Source of the DNA: Camelus ferus
Lineage: Eukaryota
DNA: 64,000 nt
NCBI RefSeq assembly: GCF_009834535.1
Contig: NC_045697.1
Coordinates: 34,164,001-34,228,000, forward strand
Direction: 5' to 3'
The notes under the pieces are model-generated. The model was not told the DNA's origin. It was given only the letters and a program-made list of their open reading frames with translations, and made no database searches. This document shows positions 1 to 12,587 of this stretch, in pieces. Numbering within the stretch: position 1 is the first letter of the stretch; every line of letters starts with the position of its first letter. The position numbers and the translations under genes are program-made.

Positions 1-231
1 TTACATCTCAGAGACAGTTCATAAACTTTTGAGAAAAATATGCCTAAATTGTAAAACTGGCAGGAGACTTTTTTCCAAAAAATGATTTATATCGCAAAGG
101 GAAGGGACAGTAATTGTAAGTACAAATTTTCTAAAGAAAAGGCTCTCTGAAAGCAGAAGTCTGGGCTTAAGTCAGGAGGAAGCCTCTTGAACATTTAGCC
201 AAGTTGGGAAACTTTCAGGCCGTCTTGGTCG
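1..231 (-). mobile_element. Possible ERV1-class LTR fragment
   Basis: Resembles recalled ERV1 LTR sequence ending ...aggccgtcttggtc. Not verified against a database. Confidence 0.3.
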
Positions 232-585
232 AAAGACAAATAAATAGATCATTTTGAAACACGGAGAGTGATAAATAAGCCCAGAAAGGCTGCCCAAGAA
301 ACCCCTCAACAAAGAGCTTTCAGTGGCAAAGTTTAGCATGAGGGTATTGGACACTTGGGAGAACCAAAAAGAAAAGCTAGAAAAAGACTTAGGAATTTGG
401 GGAAATAAATTATTTTGCAGTTGTCCCCTCCAGAGCCTGGTTGATACCCAGCAAATGAGAAAGGACACACTCCCTTGGTCACACTCTCCTTCCCGAAGGA
501 GCTCTCAGGTTTCACACCACCTTGGCCTTCAGCTACGCCGGAAAATGCCCACAGCTGCCATCACCAATGGTGATGGTTAATTGTT

Positions 586-657
586 CATTCAACCTGGTTA
601 ATTGTTCTACTGGCTGAGGTCCATTCAACCTGGTTAATTGTTCTACTGGCTGAGGTC
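586..657. repeat. Perfect 36-bp tandem duplication
   Basis: cattcaacctggttaattgttctactggctgaggtc at 586-621 and 622-657. Confidence 0.95.
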
Positions 658-1450
658 CATGCAAATGTCGCTTCTGTCCCCATATTCTCTTAATATATTA
701 TTCCGAGCTTGGTGTGAGAGGAAGAGGAAGCCATAGGGAAGTTCACCCGGCACTTGTTCGGACAGTGTGAGCTGCGGCTTGTTGGGTAGACTTTTGGTTT
801 CATCCCAGAATCAAATGGAGTTTTGTTTCTGTTTTTGTTTTTCATATCCTACTGCTTCTCCCTCCTATGGCTCCCACCACAGATACACACTCTTTTCTGC
901 TTGAGTGTATCAGTTTTTAATCTTTAATCATCTTCACTCAGCATCACCCAAACTCAAGTCTGTGTCTTCAGGTGTATTTTTTTCTGCCAAGTTACTGTTC
1001 TTTTCGTTGGCACTTGAAGGTATCATCTCATTTTAGTTAAAACTAAATTTAGATAACTAATAAAAACACTCTATTTTTGTGTTTCTTCCTGGGAAAAATA
1101 GATTCTTTTAAAATATTTTTGAAACTCAAGGAATTACAATCCAGTAGGGGAGGTGTGTGGGTTTTTGTTTGTTTGTTTTTTGCTTTTTTGGGGTTTTTTA
1201 ATGAACCAGTTACCACAATGTAAAGGGCTCCATACTATAGCATTTCATCAATAGAGGAATTATAAATTAAATGAGGCACAATCATATAACAGAATGCTGT
1301 ATGCTCTTAAAAGAAATGAACTTATTTAATACATCAGTGAGAATAGGTCTAGATTTTTTAAATATAATGTTCAGTTAAAAAAAGATGTCAGATTTGTTGA
1401 CACACCACCCAAGAGTCATGTACACTAGTAAGAATACAAAATAAAGCAGC

Positions 1451-1451
<1 letters not shown>

Positions 1452-1496
<45 letters not shown>
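1452..1496. repeat. (TA)n(TG)n microsatellite
   Basis: Seen directly. Confidence 0.95.
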
Positions 1497-2476
1497 ATTT
1501 TTTTTAAGGATCTGGACATTTACACAACATACACATGTAGCTTCTAGAAATTAGACTTGGAGTAATGCTGAAGGGGACTTTAGTGGTACCTGAAAAAAAA
1601 GTGAGATTGGAGTACATAATCGAAAATGGTAACTATAATTAATTCTGAATGGTTGGATAGTGTGTATTTGTTTTATAATCTTTGTACTTTTTTAGATCAC
1701 TTAAATTTATGAAAAGAAAACAAAGATAAAAGCAAAGATCACATGATAGATCCACGCCAGGAGTTCAGAAGAAGGGAAACTCACCATCAAGGTGATCAGA
1801 GACATTCTGGTAAAGGAGTAAGCAGGACTGGGAAGATGGTTGAACATTCATAGGCAGGAATGGATGAACACAGCAATTTGTTTACAAGGAATCATACAAA
1901 CCAAAAAGGGAGATAATAAAATCCAATGTCAGGATATATCCAAAACTTAGTAAATTTTTAAATCAAAATTTGATGCCAGGAATGAAGAATTTTCTGTAAA
2001 GAGTATTATGAGAAATCGTCAGGTCCAGAGTCAAGCAAATGATTTTTCTAAGAGAGCCCTTCTGTCGGCATGGTTGCTAAATTATAGAACAGCACAAAAG
2101 GAAACAAGAACTCAGTCAGCTAATTACAGTGTCAGAGGCCAAGCCAACCTTAGAAGGCATCTAATTCAACTTCCTCTTACAGGAGAGGAAACTGAGGCCC
2201 TGAGAAGTTAAAATCGCCAGTGGTCCAGCCCAGTACAGACTCTAACATCAACATCATCAGAACACAATTCAGGAAGGCTAATCATGCCTTGACCTTTTTT
2301 GATGGTAAAACAGTCATCCACTTGGCAGGCTGGAATGTAAGGAGAATGCAGGGTAGTAATTAGTAATTGTAGGGTATGGTCTAGATAGTAAGGTTTAAGA
2401 ATTTACAGCAAAACACACTTTTATAAATTCATTTTTGTTAAATCATTTTATTCTAATTTATTCTTTTCATGAAGTC

Positions 2477-2660
2477 TTTTTTTTTTTAATGAAGTATAGT
2501 CCATTTTCACTGTTGTGTTAATTTCTGGTGTACAGCACAGTGATTAATTTATATGTCTGTATATTCCTTTTCATATTCTTTTTCATTATAGGCCATTACA
2601 AGGTATTGAATACAGTTCCCTGTGCTATACAGTAGGGCCTTGTTGTTCTAATCTATTTTT
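2477..2660 (-). mobile_element. 5'-truncated L1 3'-UTR fragment
   Basis: Poly-T followed by aatgaagtatagt...ctggtgtacagcacagtgatt...ttccctgtgctatacagtagg; related copies at 6885, 17112, 36236, 48009 and 58535. Confidence 0.8.
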
Positions 2661-3792
2661 AAGCAAAGAAAGGTTATTTTAAAAATCAAAGAGATTTTAG
2701 CATAAATTAAACTATGTAAATTGAGAGCATATGAAAGGGTTACATAAGCCCTCGGTCTTGGCATCTATAAAAAAGCTGGTTTAATGGGATGTACGCACCC
2801 ACAATATTTTTAAGAATTCTTATAAAAGCCCTGTGCCAATGACAGCAAATGGATTTTATGCAAAAATAACCTATCGAGAGACCATGCGAGGGATCGCTCA
2901 GGACCTAGCAGGCCTCCATAGCACACTGCACATCATTTGTGCCTTCTTTTATGAAAAGAACATTAAAAAAAAAATCAGACTTTGTAATAGGATTCAGTAC
3001 CAGGCTCCTTTAGTAATGAACTTCTCTAGGGCTTTTGAAATAAAATTGGACTTAACAATAAACACATCATTTTTAAGAAACATCATTTTGGTGGTAAAGA
3101 GACAAATATTTGTCTTGCTCTGCACTCAACTGTGGGTTCAGTAAATGTGTCTCCTCCATGACAGATGGTCCAAATTAGTCTGAACATTAAACATTATAGC
3201 CTGGGTGGACTTAAGCAATAACCGTTTTCAGAGTACTCATCAATGCCAGTGTGTGCCCACAGAAGCAGTTTCAGGCCCAGCAAGGGGGTGAGCCCCTTGA
3301 GGGTCTAGACAGCCTTCTATTCTGCCTCTCAATTCTGCCTACCTAATCCACAAAGACCTTTGTTAGGATGTTTTCTAGATTCTTCTTTTCAGGTCTCAAC
3401 CAACCCTTCAGCCAATGCCCTGAACTTCCAACTGGGAGCTTATTAACAACCTTCTGAATCTATTGGGGATAAAATGTGGGCCAGGACCCGGCACGTGACA
3501 ACAGGAAGGGCCTGCCTATGCCTAGCCAGTCTGTTTTGGTAGTGTTTGTTTGCATATTTGATCCCCTTGCACCCCACAAGGCCCTGGATTTGCATATCTT
3601 TCTCTTTAAAGTCTATTTGATTATTGTTTGCTCACAGGGGTTTTCACAGTTGTCTTGGCCAACCTTGGGATCTTGTATCCCAAACTGTAGCCTCAGCATC
3701 CAAAAGAAAGGAAGATACTGACTTTGTTTTCATTTTTAATTCATTATTTACAGCTTAAAAGCAATAATAAAAGGAAGACCCATGTACCCACC

Positions 3793-4212
3793 TGTGATGG
3801 TTCATTTTGTGTATTGACATGGCTGGGCCACAGTACCCAGAGATTTGGTCAAACATTAGTCTAGGTGTTTCTACCAGGGTATTTTTTAGATGAGGTTAAT
3901 TTTAAATTGACCTAATTTGAGGAAAGCAAATTAACCTCCATAATGTGGGTGGGCCTCACTCAATCAGTTGAAAGCCTTAGTAAAGACTGGCCTCCCCAGA
4001 GAGAGAGAATTCTGGAAGCCGACTGCCTTTGGACTCAAACTGCAACATCAACCCTTCCCTTCCAGCCTGCGCACCTACCTTGCAGATTTTGGATTTACAG
4101 CCCCACAAATATGTGAACCAACTCTAAAATCTTTCCATCTCTCTTTTTGGCTCAATATTTGTTTGTATACATCGAATCGGTTCCATTTCTCTGGAGACTC
4201 CTGACTAATACA
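3793..4212 (+). mobile_element. Solo MLT2-type (ERVL) LTR with 5-bp TSD
   Basis: TGTGATGGTT...CCTGACTAATACA termini; flanked by CCACC at 3788-3792 and 4213-4217. Confidence 0.85.
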
Positions 4213-6051
4213 CCACCAGTGAATTTAAGAAACAATAGCACATCCCTGGTACCTTTGAAGTCCACTGTGTGCCCCTCCCTGATTCTGTGGACCTTCTGCT
4301 TTGATTTTTCTGGATCATGGAGATACTTGATCAGCAAAATCACTCAGGGAAAAGATTTAGCATTTCACCCAGTAGATGGCAGGAATGCCACTGCATTCAG
4401 CATGGAAACTTGTGCTAGGCTTAACGAAGCACCTAAATTAATGGATAATGTCACTTTCTATTACCATTTAAGTCATATATCATCTATCAGACCAAAAATC
4501 CAGCAGCTAAGATTTCATTAGTCAGCCTGCCCAGGTTGGGACTCTTCCCAAGAGCTCAGGACCCTCTAACTTACCCCATCACTGCAGAGCAAGTGCATTC
4601 CTGCAGGCCACGCAACCTCGTTGTTAGGTGGAGCCCTGCTCCTTCTCATTTTTCTTATAACAGGGAAGATCTGACCATGCAAACCGTCTTGAATGCATCT
4701 CTTCCTTTCCACACTGCCGCCAGTTCCTTGTCCCAGGCCTTCAAGTCGTCTCTCTTACACCGCAGCGTCTGCCCTACCCATCACTTTTAGATCAGTTTGT
4801 GATAGCACAGGTCTGACCACAAAGCTCCTTCTTCTTGGAAACCTCCACAGTGGACTCCTAATTCTCTTTCTCTCCTTCTCTGCTATGCACTGGTCACATT
4901 AAAAACTAAAAAAAAAGTCTCAAAGGTGCTCTATATGCCAATGTTTTTGTGGTTTTCCTCTTTTTTAATGTGCTTTGTGTTTTACCAGCGGTCTTTCCTT
5001 TATTTCTCCATGAGCACATTCCTATTCATAAGACCCACTCAAATGACAGCCTATATAAAACTTCTGCAAGTTCCCCTGTCCCATGAGAAGAGTTAATTCC
5101 CGGCCTCTCACACTCCCATAACACCTGATTCATACCTCCATTTGAAACACTTATTCTATCAGCACTTTACAAATTGTTCTCAAGATCCTGTGGTGGTATT
5201 TAAAGGGAGAAGGGAGAAGATGATTCTCAATGAAAAACATTGTGCTCTACTTAGAATCAGCCAGCCCTTACAGGATTACAGTTTTCTGCTAGGCCAGTCA
5301 AGTCGGCCTGGAATTTATTTTAGGAAGATTAAATCCCGAGAGGCTCCTGAGTCTCATGTTCATCAGCTTCTAGTGTGCTTTCCCAGCTGGCTGGAGCTGC
5401 CTCGGCATCTGAACCCCAGACGTGGACACTCCGAGCCTGATGGGGAGAAAGGAAGAACTGAAAGCAGCAGGTGCAGGAAGAAGGGCACGTGGCATTGGAG
5501 GTACCAAGATGACGTTGCCAGCAGGAGGAAGTAGTTGGCAGACAACCGGAAAAGTACATGTGGAACTCAGTAGAGGGCAGATAGACGTTTAGAAGTCCCC
5601 AGCCTGGAGACCAAGACTAAAGCCATGTAAATGAACGAGATAACCAGGGTAGTCCTTAGAAAGACCACTTACATTTAAAGCAAAGAACAAAGCAGAGAAG
5701 CCAGACAAGAGTCCTTAAAATTTTTTCTTTTAAATTAAAAAAAGGTTTTTTTTTTTCCTTTTAAGAAAAGAGCAAGAAAGAAGACCAGCAACTCCTCAAG
5801 GCAGGAGTTCCCAGTAATCGGGAGGGGTTATCAAAGTCAGGTGTGACCTGGGAGACGCGGAAAAAGACACTTGCATTTGCCAGTTGGAATTGTGACCTTG
5901 GATAAGTTTCAGGGGAGAAAAGAGAAACCAGACCATGGGGGCTTAAGGAGTAGCAGGTGTTTAAGGCACATTCTGGTGAATTTTGGTAACGTGGGAAGGA
6001 GAGAGCTAAAACCATAGTTTGAACTGAAGGCATAGCAAGATCAGGAGAAAG

Positions 6052-6152
6052 TTTTTTTTTTTTTTTCCTTTTTCTCTTCTTTCCATAAACTTCCTTTCTT
6101 CCTCCCCTTCTCCTCCTCCCCCTCCCCCGCCCCTCCTTCTCCTCCTCCCTCT
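6052..6152. repeat. Polypyrimidine low-complexity tract
   Basis: T run, then CT/CCT-rich sequence with several C4-C5 runs. Confidence 0.85.
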
Positions 6153-6884
6153 TAGTACAAAGAACATGTACATTCATCTCTAAATTAAATAGCTGTAGGC
6201 TGAGGGAAAGAATCCAGTGAAGTGAAACAAGGTAGTGATTTATAGAGACATAGTAATGGATGCCAAGATCTGGCAGCCAGAGGTAATTGACTTCAGAGAG
6301 AAATAGGACACGTTTCTCTAAAGGGAGGGCCCCTTACATAGAAATGTAGGAATTAGTGGGATTCATACATCAAGGTGGCTTGGATTCATCTCCTCCTCCA
6401 TATGCTGCATAATCACCTGTAGTGAGTGAAGGTGGTGAGGCTGGGTTTAGACTGGTGCCTGGCACCTGGTGTCTGCCCAGTAAATGTTTGTTTGAAGAGG
6501 AGGGCTTGGCTCAGAATGTGATAAGGAATCATTTAAAGATAAACAGAAAGATCATTAATCAAGAGTGTGGATTCCATTGAGTTAAGTTTTCAGAGGAATC
6601 GTTTGGCTTATTTTCATAACATTCTCCTGCAACGTGACCCAGAAACATAAGGGAGAAGGCGGTTGGTAGAGTCTCCCCAGGGCTGAGGGACTGACCAGGT
6701 GGACTTGTGGTAGGAAAAAGGGTAGTGGGACCAGGAAAAATGGCAGATAGATGGCCAACCTAATCAGACCAAAGCCTCCTATACCTGTGAAAATCTCCGT
6801 GCTGCTTATATGAATACGGCATATAAATCCCAAATATGATAGCCCTTTAACCTCCAGAACATTTCTTCTATCTAAAACCCCTTT

Positions 6885-7150
6885 TAAAAAATTGAAGTAT
6901 AGTCAGTTTACAATGTTGTGTCAGTTTCTGGGGTACAGCATAATGTTTCAGTCATACATATACACACATATATTTGTTTTCATATTCTTTTTCATTATAG
7001 GTTACTACATGATATTGAGTATAGTTCCCTGTGCTATACAGTAGAAACTTGTTTACCTATTTTATATATACATATATATATATATATATATAGCTAGTAT
7101 TTGTAAATTTTGAACTCCCAATTTATCCCTTCCCATCCCATTTACCCCTT
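6885..7150 (-). mobile_element. L1 3'-UTR fragment with internal (TA)n
   Basis: attgaagtatagtcagtttacaatgttgtg...ttccctgtgctatacagtag...ccaatttatcccttccc. Confidence 0.8.
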
Positions 7151-8159
7151 TGCCTGATATGCTCTGTCCTCAGACACCCCTATGGCTTGCTCTTGTACCT
7201 CCTTTAGATCTTGGCTTAAATGTCACTGTCTTAGAAAGACCCCACACCCTGACAAAATTGAAAGGTATCTTCTCCCTGCTGTCTTCTCCATAGCATACCA
7301 TCTAAGTATTAAATATTTTCCATCCGCCCAATGAAGGTAAGACTTTTGTTTATTTTGTTTATCCCTGTATTCTTATACTTGGAATGGAGACTGCCACATA
7401 TTGGGTGCTCCCTTAATACCTGTTAAATTAAAAAGTGACTGAATAAGCCAAGATATAGGATGTTCTGGGGACAGAGGGGTTGAAACTGAAGACTTTATTC
7501 ACTTTGCTCCAATTTTTTCTAGTGATTGTAAAATTGGCTTGTAACCCAAGTTACAAATTCAGACAAAAAGTCTGAAAATTCTTCCTGCCGTCTAAGGCCA
7601 CTGTATTCCTTAAAATTCAAATAAAACAGCTACAGCTCCCTCTTGTTTATAAGCGTCAAGAGAAAGGGAAGTTGATCACCTCTTGTCCTTTATTTCTTTG
7701 CTCCTGGAATTTGCAATCCCAGCTGGTGACATTGCCTCATACGTGCCTTATTTTCTCTGGCCACCTCCCTTCAGGTGTAGACCTTCCTTTTTACTTCCCC
7801 AAACTCTACTAAAAGAGGCTGGTGGCATAATAAACTTTTATTAAAGGTTGGAGGATAATACAGCACAGAGATTTTCATCACTTTTCATTTGTTGGAATTC
7901 ATGGAAAATAATAACATTTCTACAGTTTAATGAGATAAACTAATTGATCTATACGGGTTTGGTATAAAATTTCATTGCATTTTAAAAATATAACAGAACT
8001 AAAAAAATAACATAACTTTGATAAATTTTAAAATTCTAGGTGGTAAGGAGATATTAAAATTTTTGACTTTATATAAAGTTTTCTTACAAAAGTTTTAAAA
8101 ATTGCTATTGAGTATCTCTTCCTTGCTTTGGTGAACACCCTTTTCCTCTCATACAGTTT

Positions 8160-8445
8160 TTTGAAATTGGATTATAATTCAGGTACTATTAAATACACCT
8201 GTTTAAGGTAACTGCCCCTTCTGAGTGTTTTTAGTGGAGTTGTACAGTCATCATCACTTTCTAATTTCAGAATATTTTCCTTACCCCCATTAGAAACCCA
8301 GTACCCATTAGCAGTCACTTACCATTCTCCTCTCCTCCCAGCCCCTGGCAAGTGCTTTGCTACCTTCTGTGAATTTACCTCTTCTGGGCATTTCGTAGAA
8401 ATGGAATTATACAATATATGGATTGATGTGTCTGGCCTCTGTCTG
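8160..8445 (-). mobile_element. Old L1M 3'-end fragment
   Basis: cccattagcagtcact...ccagcccctggcaa...aaatggaattatacaatat is typical of L1MB-like 3' UTRs. Confidence 0.65.
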
Positions 8446-10103
8446 AGCAGTTTCATAAGAAGTTTTATGTTTGAAATAGCTACATGTAATTTTGGATAAA
8501 TGTAGTGAGTCCTTCAAATTCTTGATAATTATCACTGGTGAGAAACTATTTTTACAGTTGTATCAGAATTTGCAAGAGTCAAGATTATATTTAAGGATTC
8601 TGATAGCCCTTCCTTTAATTAGTGTAACCACAGGAAATTGTCATTTGGGATGTCAAAACTGGTTGAATATTGGCTGTTGTATATGTGTCAAACTAGTATC
8701 TCACTGAGTGATGTAATATTGAAATTCTTTGTGATAATGTGAATGGATTTTGCATCCAATTCAATTTTCTCATGTCAGGCTGTAATTTGCAGAACATACA
8801 TGCAGGAACAATGGTCCCCCACAGCTGAAAATGGAGAGAAGGATCCAAGATATGTGAAAAAAGGGACTGGGACCAGGGCTGGAGCTGTGCTTGCTTATCC
8901 CCCTCGCCAGCCCCACCAAACATTCCCTCAGGCCAGTCTCTGTGCTCTTTGGGAAACTGGAACACAGATCTCCTTCTTCAGCTCCATGGGTTCCTGTCCC
9001 ACGATGAGCTCTTAGACCCGTCAGGTCCCATGCAGCTGCACAGGGGCTGAGAGATTATTATCTTGAAATACACCATAGCCTCTTATTTCTAGGAGCTCTT
9101 ATTTGTAAGGGATATAGCATCACACCAAAAGAAAGAGCTTAAAAGCAGATACTGGACATCACTTTCCTAAAGTCACTTGGCCACAGCCTCTCAGGAAACT
9201 TGTCATTGGCCACCTTCCACATCTGGCCCTAGGTTGTATCTCATTCCTTAGGGGCTGAACTCCATCTTCTCTCTAGGTAGAGTTATTGCCCATCCCCTCA
9301 TCTTTCCAAAGCCCTCAAACTCCTGCCTTCTCTGGACAGTATCCGGAGAAATGTATCCCTCTTTATCTCAACTACATCTCCACTCAGGCCAAAGCTCTGG
9401 AGGCTACTACCTTTGTCTAAGTAAGGGATGAATTATCTTTCTTAAACTAAAGGGCCATAAATCCATGTGAGGAATGATGCTACTGTCCTATTAACAGTGT
9501 TTTTCATCACATTACAAGTAGGCCCCAGAAGGAGTTAACGGACATATCTAGAACTCTGAGATCAGCTTGCATCTCTGCCATTAAGGAGATTCTGATATTC
9601 TGTGTGATCACTGCATTGCAAGGGTTTTTATGGGATGAAAAGCCAACCTGTTCTCTTAGGGAAGAAAGTGATTCAGCTGATAGAAAGGGAAGGAAATGTA
9701 ATTTCTCTTTTTAAGAAATGCACACGTGTAAAATCAAGGCCTAAGTTTGAAACTGGTAATAATGATTTATGTATTCTCATTGTTTCTAAAACATATAGAA
9801 TTTCTACTCTCAACAGGGCAGTTATAATCATAGTGTGGTTTTACCTCCCCCTCACCACCCAAATCATTTAATATGAACCTTCCTAATTCATTGAAATCTA
9901 TACTGAATAGTCCACAATAGAAGAATGTAATACTTACATTTTGGTGGCCAGTGTATTAAATCAAAGATTTTATGGATTTCTTTTTTAACAAAATGGAAAC
10001 AACCCTTATGAGAAATGTTAGATACGAGAAGAACATTTGCAAAAAAGCCAAACTGAAGCTCACTTTAATAGTGGTTATTTGCAAGGAAACAAGTATTAAT
10101 TTT

Positions 10104-10537
10104 CCTTCCAATTTTATTGGGATACAATTGACATACAGCACTGTGTAAGTCTGTATACAGCATAATGATTTGACTTAACGTACATCGTGAAGTGATTACC
10201 TCAGTAAGTTTCGTGAACATTCATTATCTCACAGAGATATAAAATCCAAGAAAAAAAAAGTTTTCCTTATGATGAGAACTCCTAGGATTAACTCTTAACA
10301 ACTTTCATATATGTAACATACAGCAGTGTTAATTATATTAATCATGTTGTTCATTACGTCTCTAGTACTCAGTTATCTCATAATTGAAGAAGGCTGTACC
10401 TTTTCAACACCTTCATCACCAAAGATATTACATTATTATTGACTATATACCCCATGCTGTACACTGCATCCCTGTGAGTCATTTATTTTGTAACTAGAAG
10501 TTTGGACCTCTTAAATTCCCTCACCTATTTCACTCAT
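10104..10537 (-). mobile_element. Truncated L1 (L1MA-like) 3' end with 13-bp TSD
   Basis: aagtattaatttt at 10091-10103 and 10538-10550 flanks sequence of L1 3'-UTR type. Confidence 0.8.
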
Positions 10538-10854
10538 AAGTATTAATTTTTAAAACCTGATAGATATATTTAACTCTTAAATAGGACACATGCTTTTTGC
10601 ATTCAGTCAAATGATACAAAAACAAATAGAAAGCTAGTAATGTCCCTTCACTTTTCCATCCTTTCCCTCTGAGTAAACAATTTTGATGTGTATCTTACCA
10701 TCATATTTTCTACATTTGTATTAAAATATATAAATATATAAAGAATATATAAGGATAAGTTGTATTACAAAATATTTCATGTTATTCTGCTACTGCATTT
10801 TTTAACTTAAATATAAAGTAGACTTTCCTCTAAGACAATAATTTAAATGTTAGC

Positions 10855-11024
10855 CAGTAATTCTCAATCCTTGCTGCAGAACTGAATCATCTGGGAAGCT
10901 TTAAAAAAGAGAGAGAGAGATTGCCAGAGCTCCACTCCCAGAGATTCCGGTTTAATTGGCTTGGGTGGGGCCTTGGCATCAAGCTCCTCAGTTGACTCTC
11001 GTGTGTAGCTTGTTAGAACCACTG
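10855..11024. mobile_element. MER5-like hAT-Charlie MITE
   Basis: Termini cagtaattctcaa...ttagaaccactg; internal gaatcatctggg and cccagagattc motifs. Confidence 0.7.
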
Positions 11025-12239
11025 ATTTAAGCAATCTGAACAGTCTGCAAATACCAGCTCCCTGTCTGAATTGTCCTGGTATGCATCCTCCCAAGAAAGC
11101 ACTCCACTGAGATTTATTTCAGTATCAGTGCTAATTTGCGAAACCAGAGGAGGCCCATCTAAAATTTTAAGTCTCTTAAGGAAGGTTGGCTATCAGATGG
11201 GAAAATTGTTTCATCTTACATATCATGTTAGGGACAGTCACATGACTGCAAAAAGGGCAACTAGGGCCAGTAATTTCAGAGACCACATAAATGACAGTCT
11301 GCTCTGCTAGGCTGGGTTTATTCCCAGAATTGACTAAACTCTAGAGGTTTGCCCTTGCCTGCAGAAGGAGTTTTCCAGAATTGGCCATCGCAGGAAGCCA
11401 CACCCAGAACTTGTTTCTCCTCGTCTGGGAGAGGCACCCACTTAGTGGGTGCAGGGACTTGTTTGGTCTCTCCAGCCCGGCCTGGGGGAGTTTACGATTC
11501 TCCCAGCTTCATGAGCATGCCCTGGTGGGCTGTCCACTATTAGTGAAATATTCATAAGATTACTTAGTTTTCTTTCTCTTGCCACATATTTAGGAAACAT
11601 TTGAGAAAATGGAACACAGATGTACAAATCAGAGTTGTGGGTTTTGTCCCTTCTCTATCTTTGCTTCAATGGGATAAAGCAACTGGCAGCCAGTTATTAT
11701 GACTATTTAGTCTGAATTACTGCCACCGTTGGTTCTGCCCTTTCTAAATGCCCTTTCCCTTTCTCAAAGCACTTAGTCTGTCAGAAGTTTTGAAAGGCTA
11801 GATGGGCTGGAATTTACTTAGGAGTAAAATATTTTTTAAGAATCTGAGTTTTAAGTTAACAGGCCATGGCAGGTGTATGAACAAAGCCAACTTATATTGA
11901 GTGAGGGAGGGAATAGAAGGTCAAGGAGTGAGAAAAGAGACCAAATCAGAATTGTGGTCCTTTTCTCAATTTTTTTTTCTAGGTCTACAACAACAACACA
12001 TTAACTGTTTAGATTTGATCCCTTTACCCTCCAAGAAATAATTGGCCAAGTTTCAAGTCTAGGTAAACGGATGAACTGTTAACCACAGAATTTCAGCGAA
12101 AGAAGAATGAAGCAAACCCCAACCGCAGGCGTTCTGTACTGTAACGTGAAAGTCACAGGTGGAACGGTAAATGCTCTTGGGCTGCTAGGCAGACAGGAAG
12201 CTCTGTCCAACAGCTGGAGCTTGGAAGCCCCCTGGCGGC

Positions 12240-12340
12240 CAAGGCCCCGCCCCCGTGCCGCTGACGTCACGGAAGGTGGGGCGGCGAGCGATTGGCCGTT
12301 CACGGAAGCTCCCGGCTGCTCTGCATCCCGCGGAGGGAGG
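12240..12340 (+). promoter_or_regulatory. GC-rich TATA-less promoter of ATP10D
   Basis: Most CpG-dense non-coding patch in the window. GC box CCCCGCCCC (12245-12253), CRE palindrome TGACGTCA (12262-12269), ETS cores CGGAAG (12270-12275, 12303-12308), GC box GGGGCGG (12278-12284), inverted CCAAT ATTGG (12291-12295). Confidence 0.8.
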
Positions 12341-12587
12341 AGGAGGAGGAGAGGCAGGAATTTGGGCGGAGGAACGGAGGGAGGAGGACGTTGTCAGCTC
12401 GGCTCGGGCTCCGGCTCTGGCAGCTGAGTTTGGAAGCTGTCCGAGAAGTGATTTTTTTTTTCTTCAAAGGCAAATGGCTGGCGTAGAAGCGTAACCCGCC
12501 TCCAGTCTTTGAATTTGTGCTTGGTTCTTCTCTTGCATCTCGGGACTCGTGGTCATCATGCTGTGATGTGTGCCCAGAGAGAAACTG
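12340..12587 (+). other. ATP10D: Probable non-coding exon 1 of ATP10D (start approximate)
   Basis: Lies downstream of the promoter cluster and ends at a strong donor CTG|GTAAGG (GT at 12588-12589). The first coding exon has its own acceptor 37 nt before the ATG, so an upstream exon is required. Confidence 0.7.

Noticed and set aside
320..580. Possible processed pseudogene tail on the minus strand (...LVMAAVGIFRRS*)
   Set aside because: I could not match it to any known protein, and I saw no poly(A) tail or TSD. A BLAST search would be needed.
5761..6177. 138-aa ORF with an NLS-like basic stretch
   Set aside because: The K/R/E/G-rich part is simply the translation of the purine low-complexity tract.
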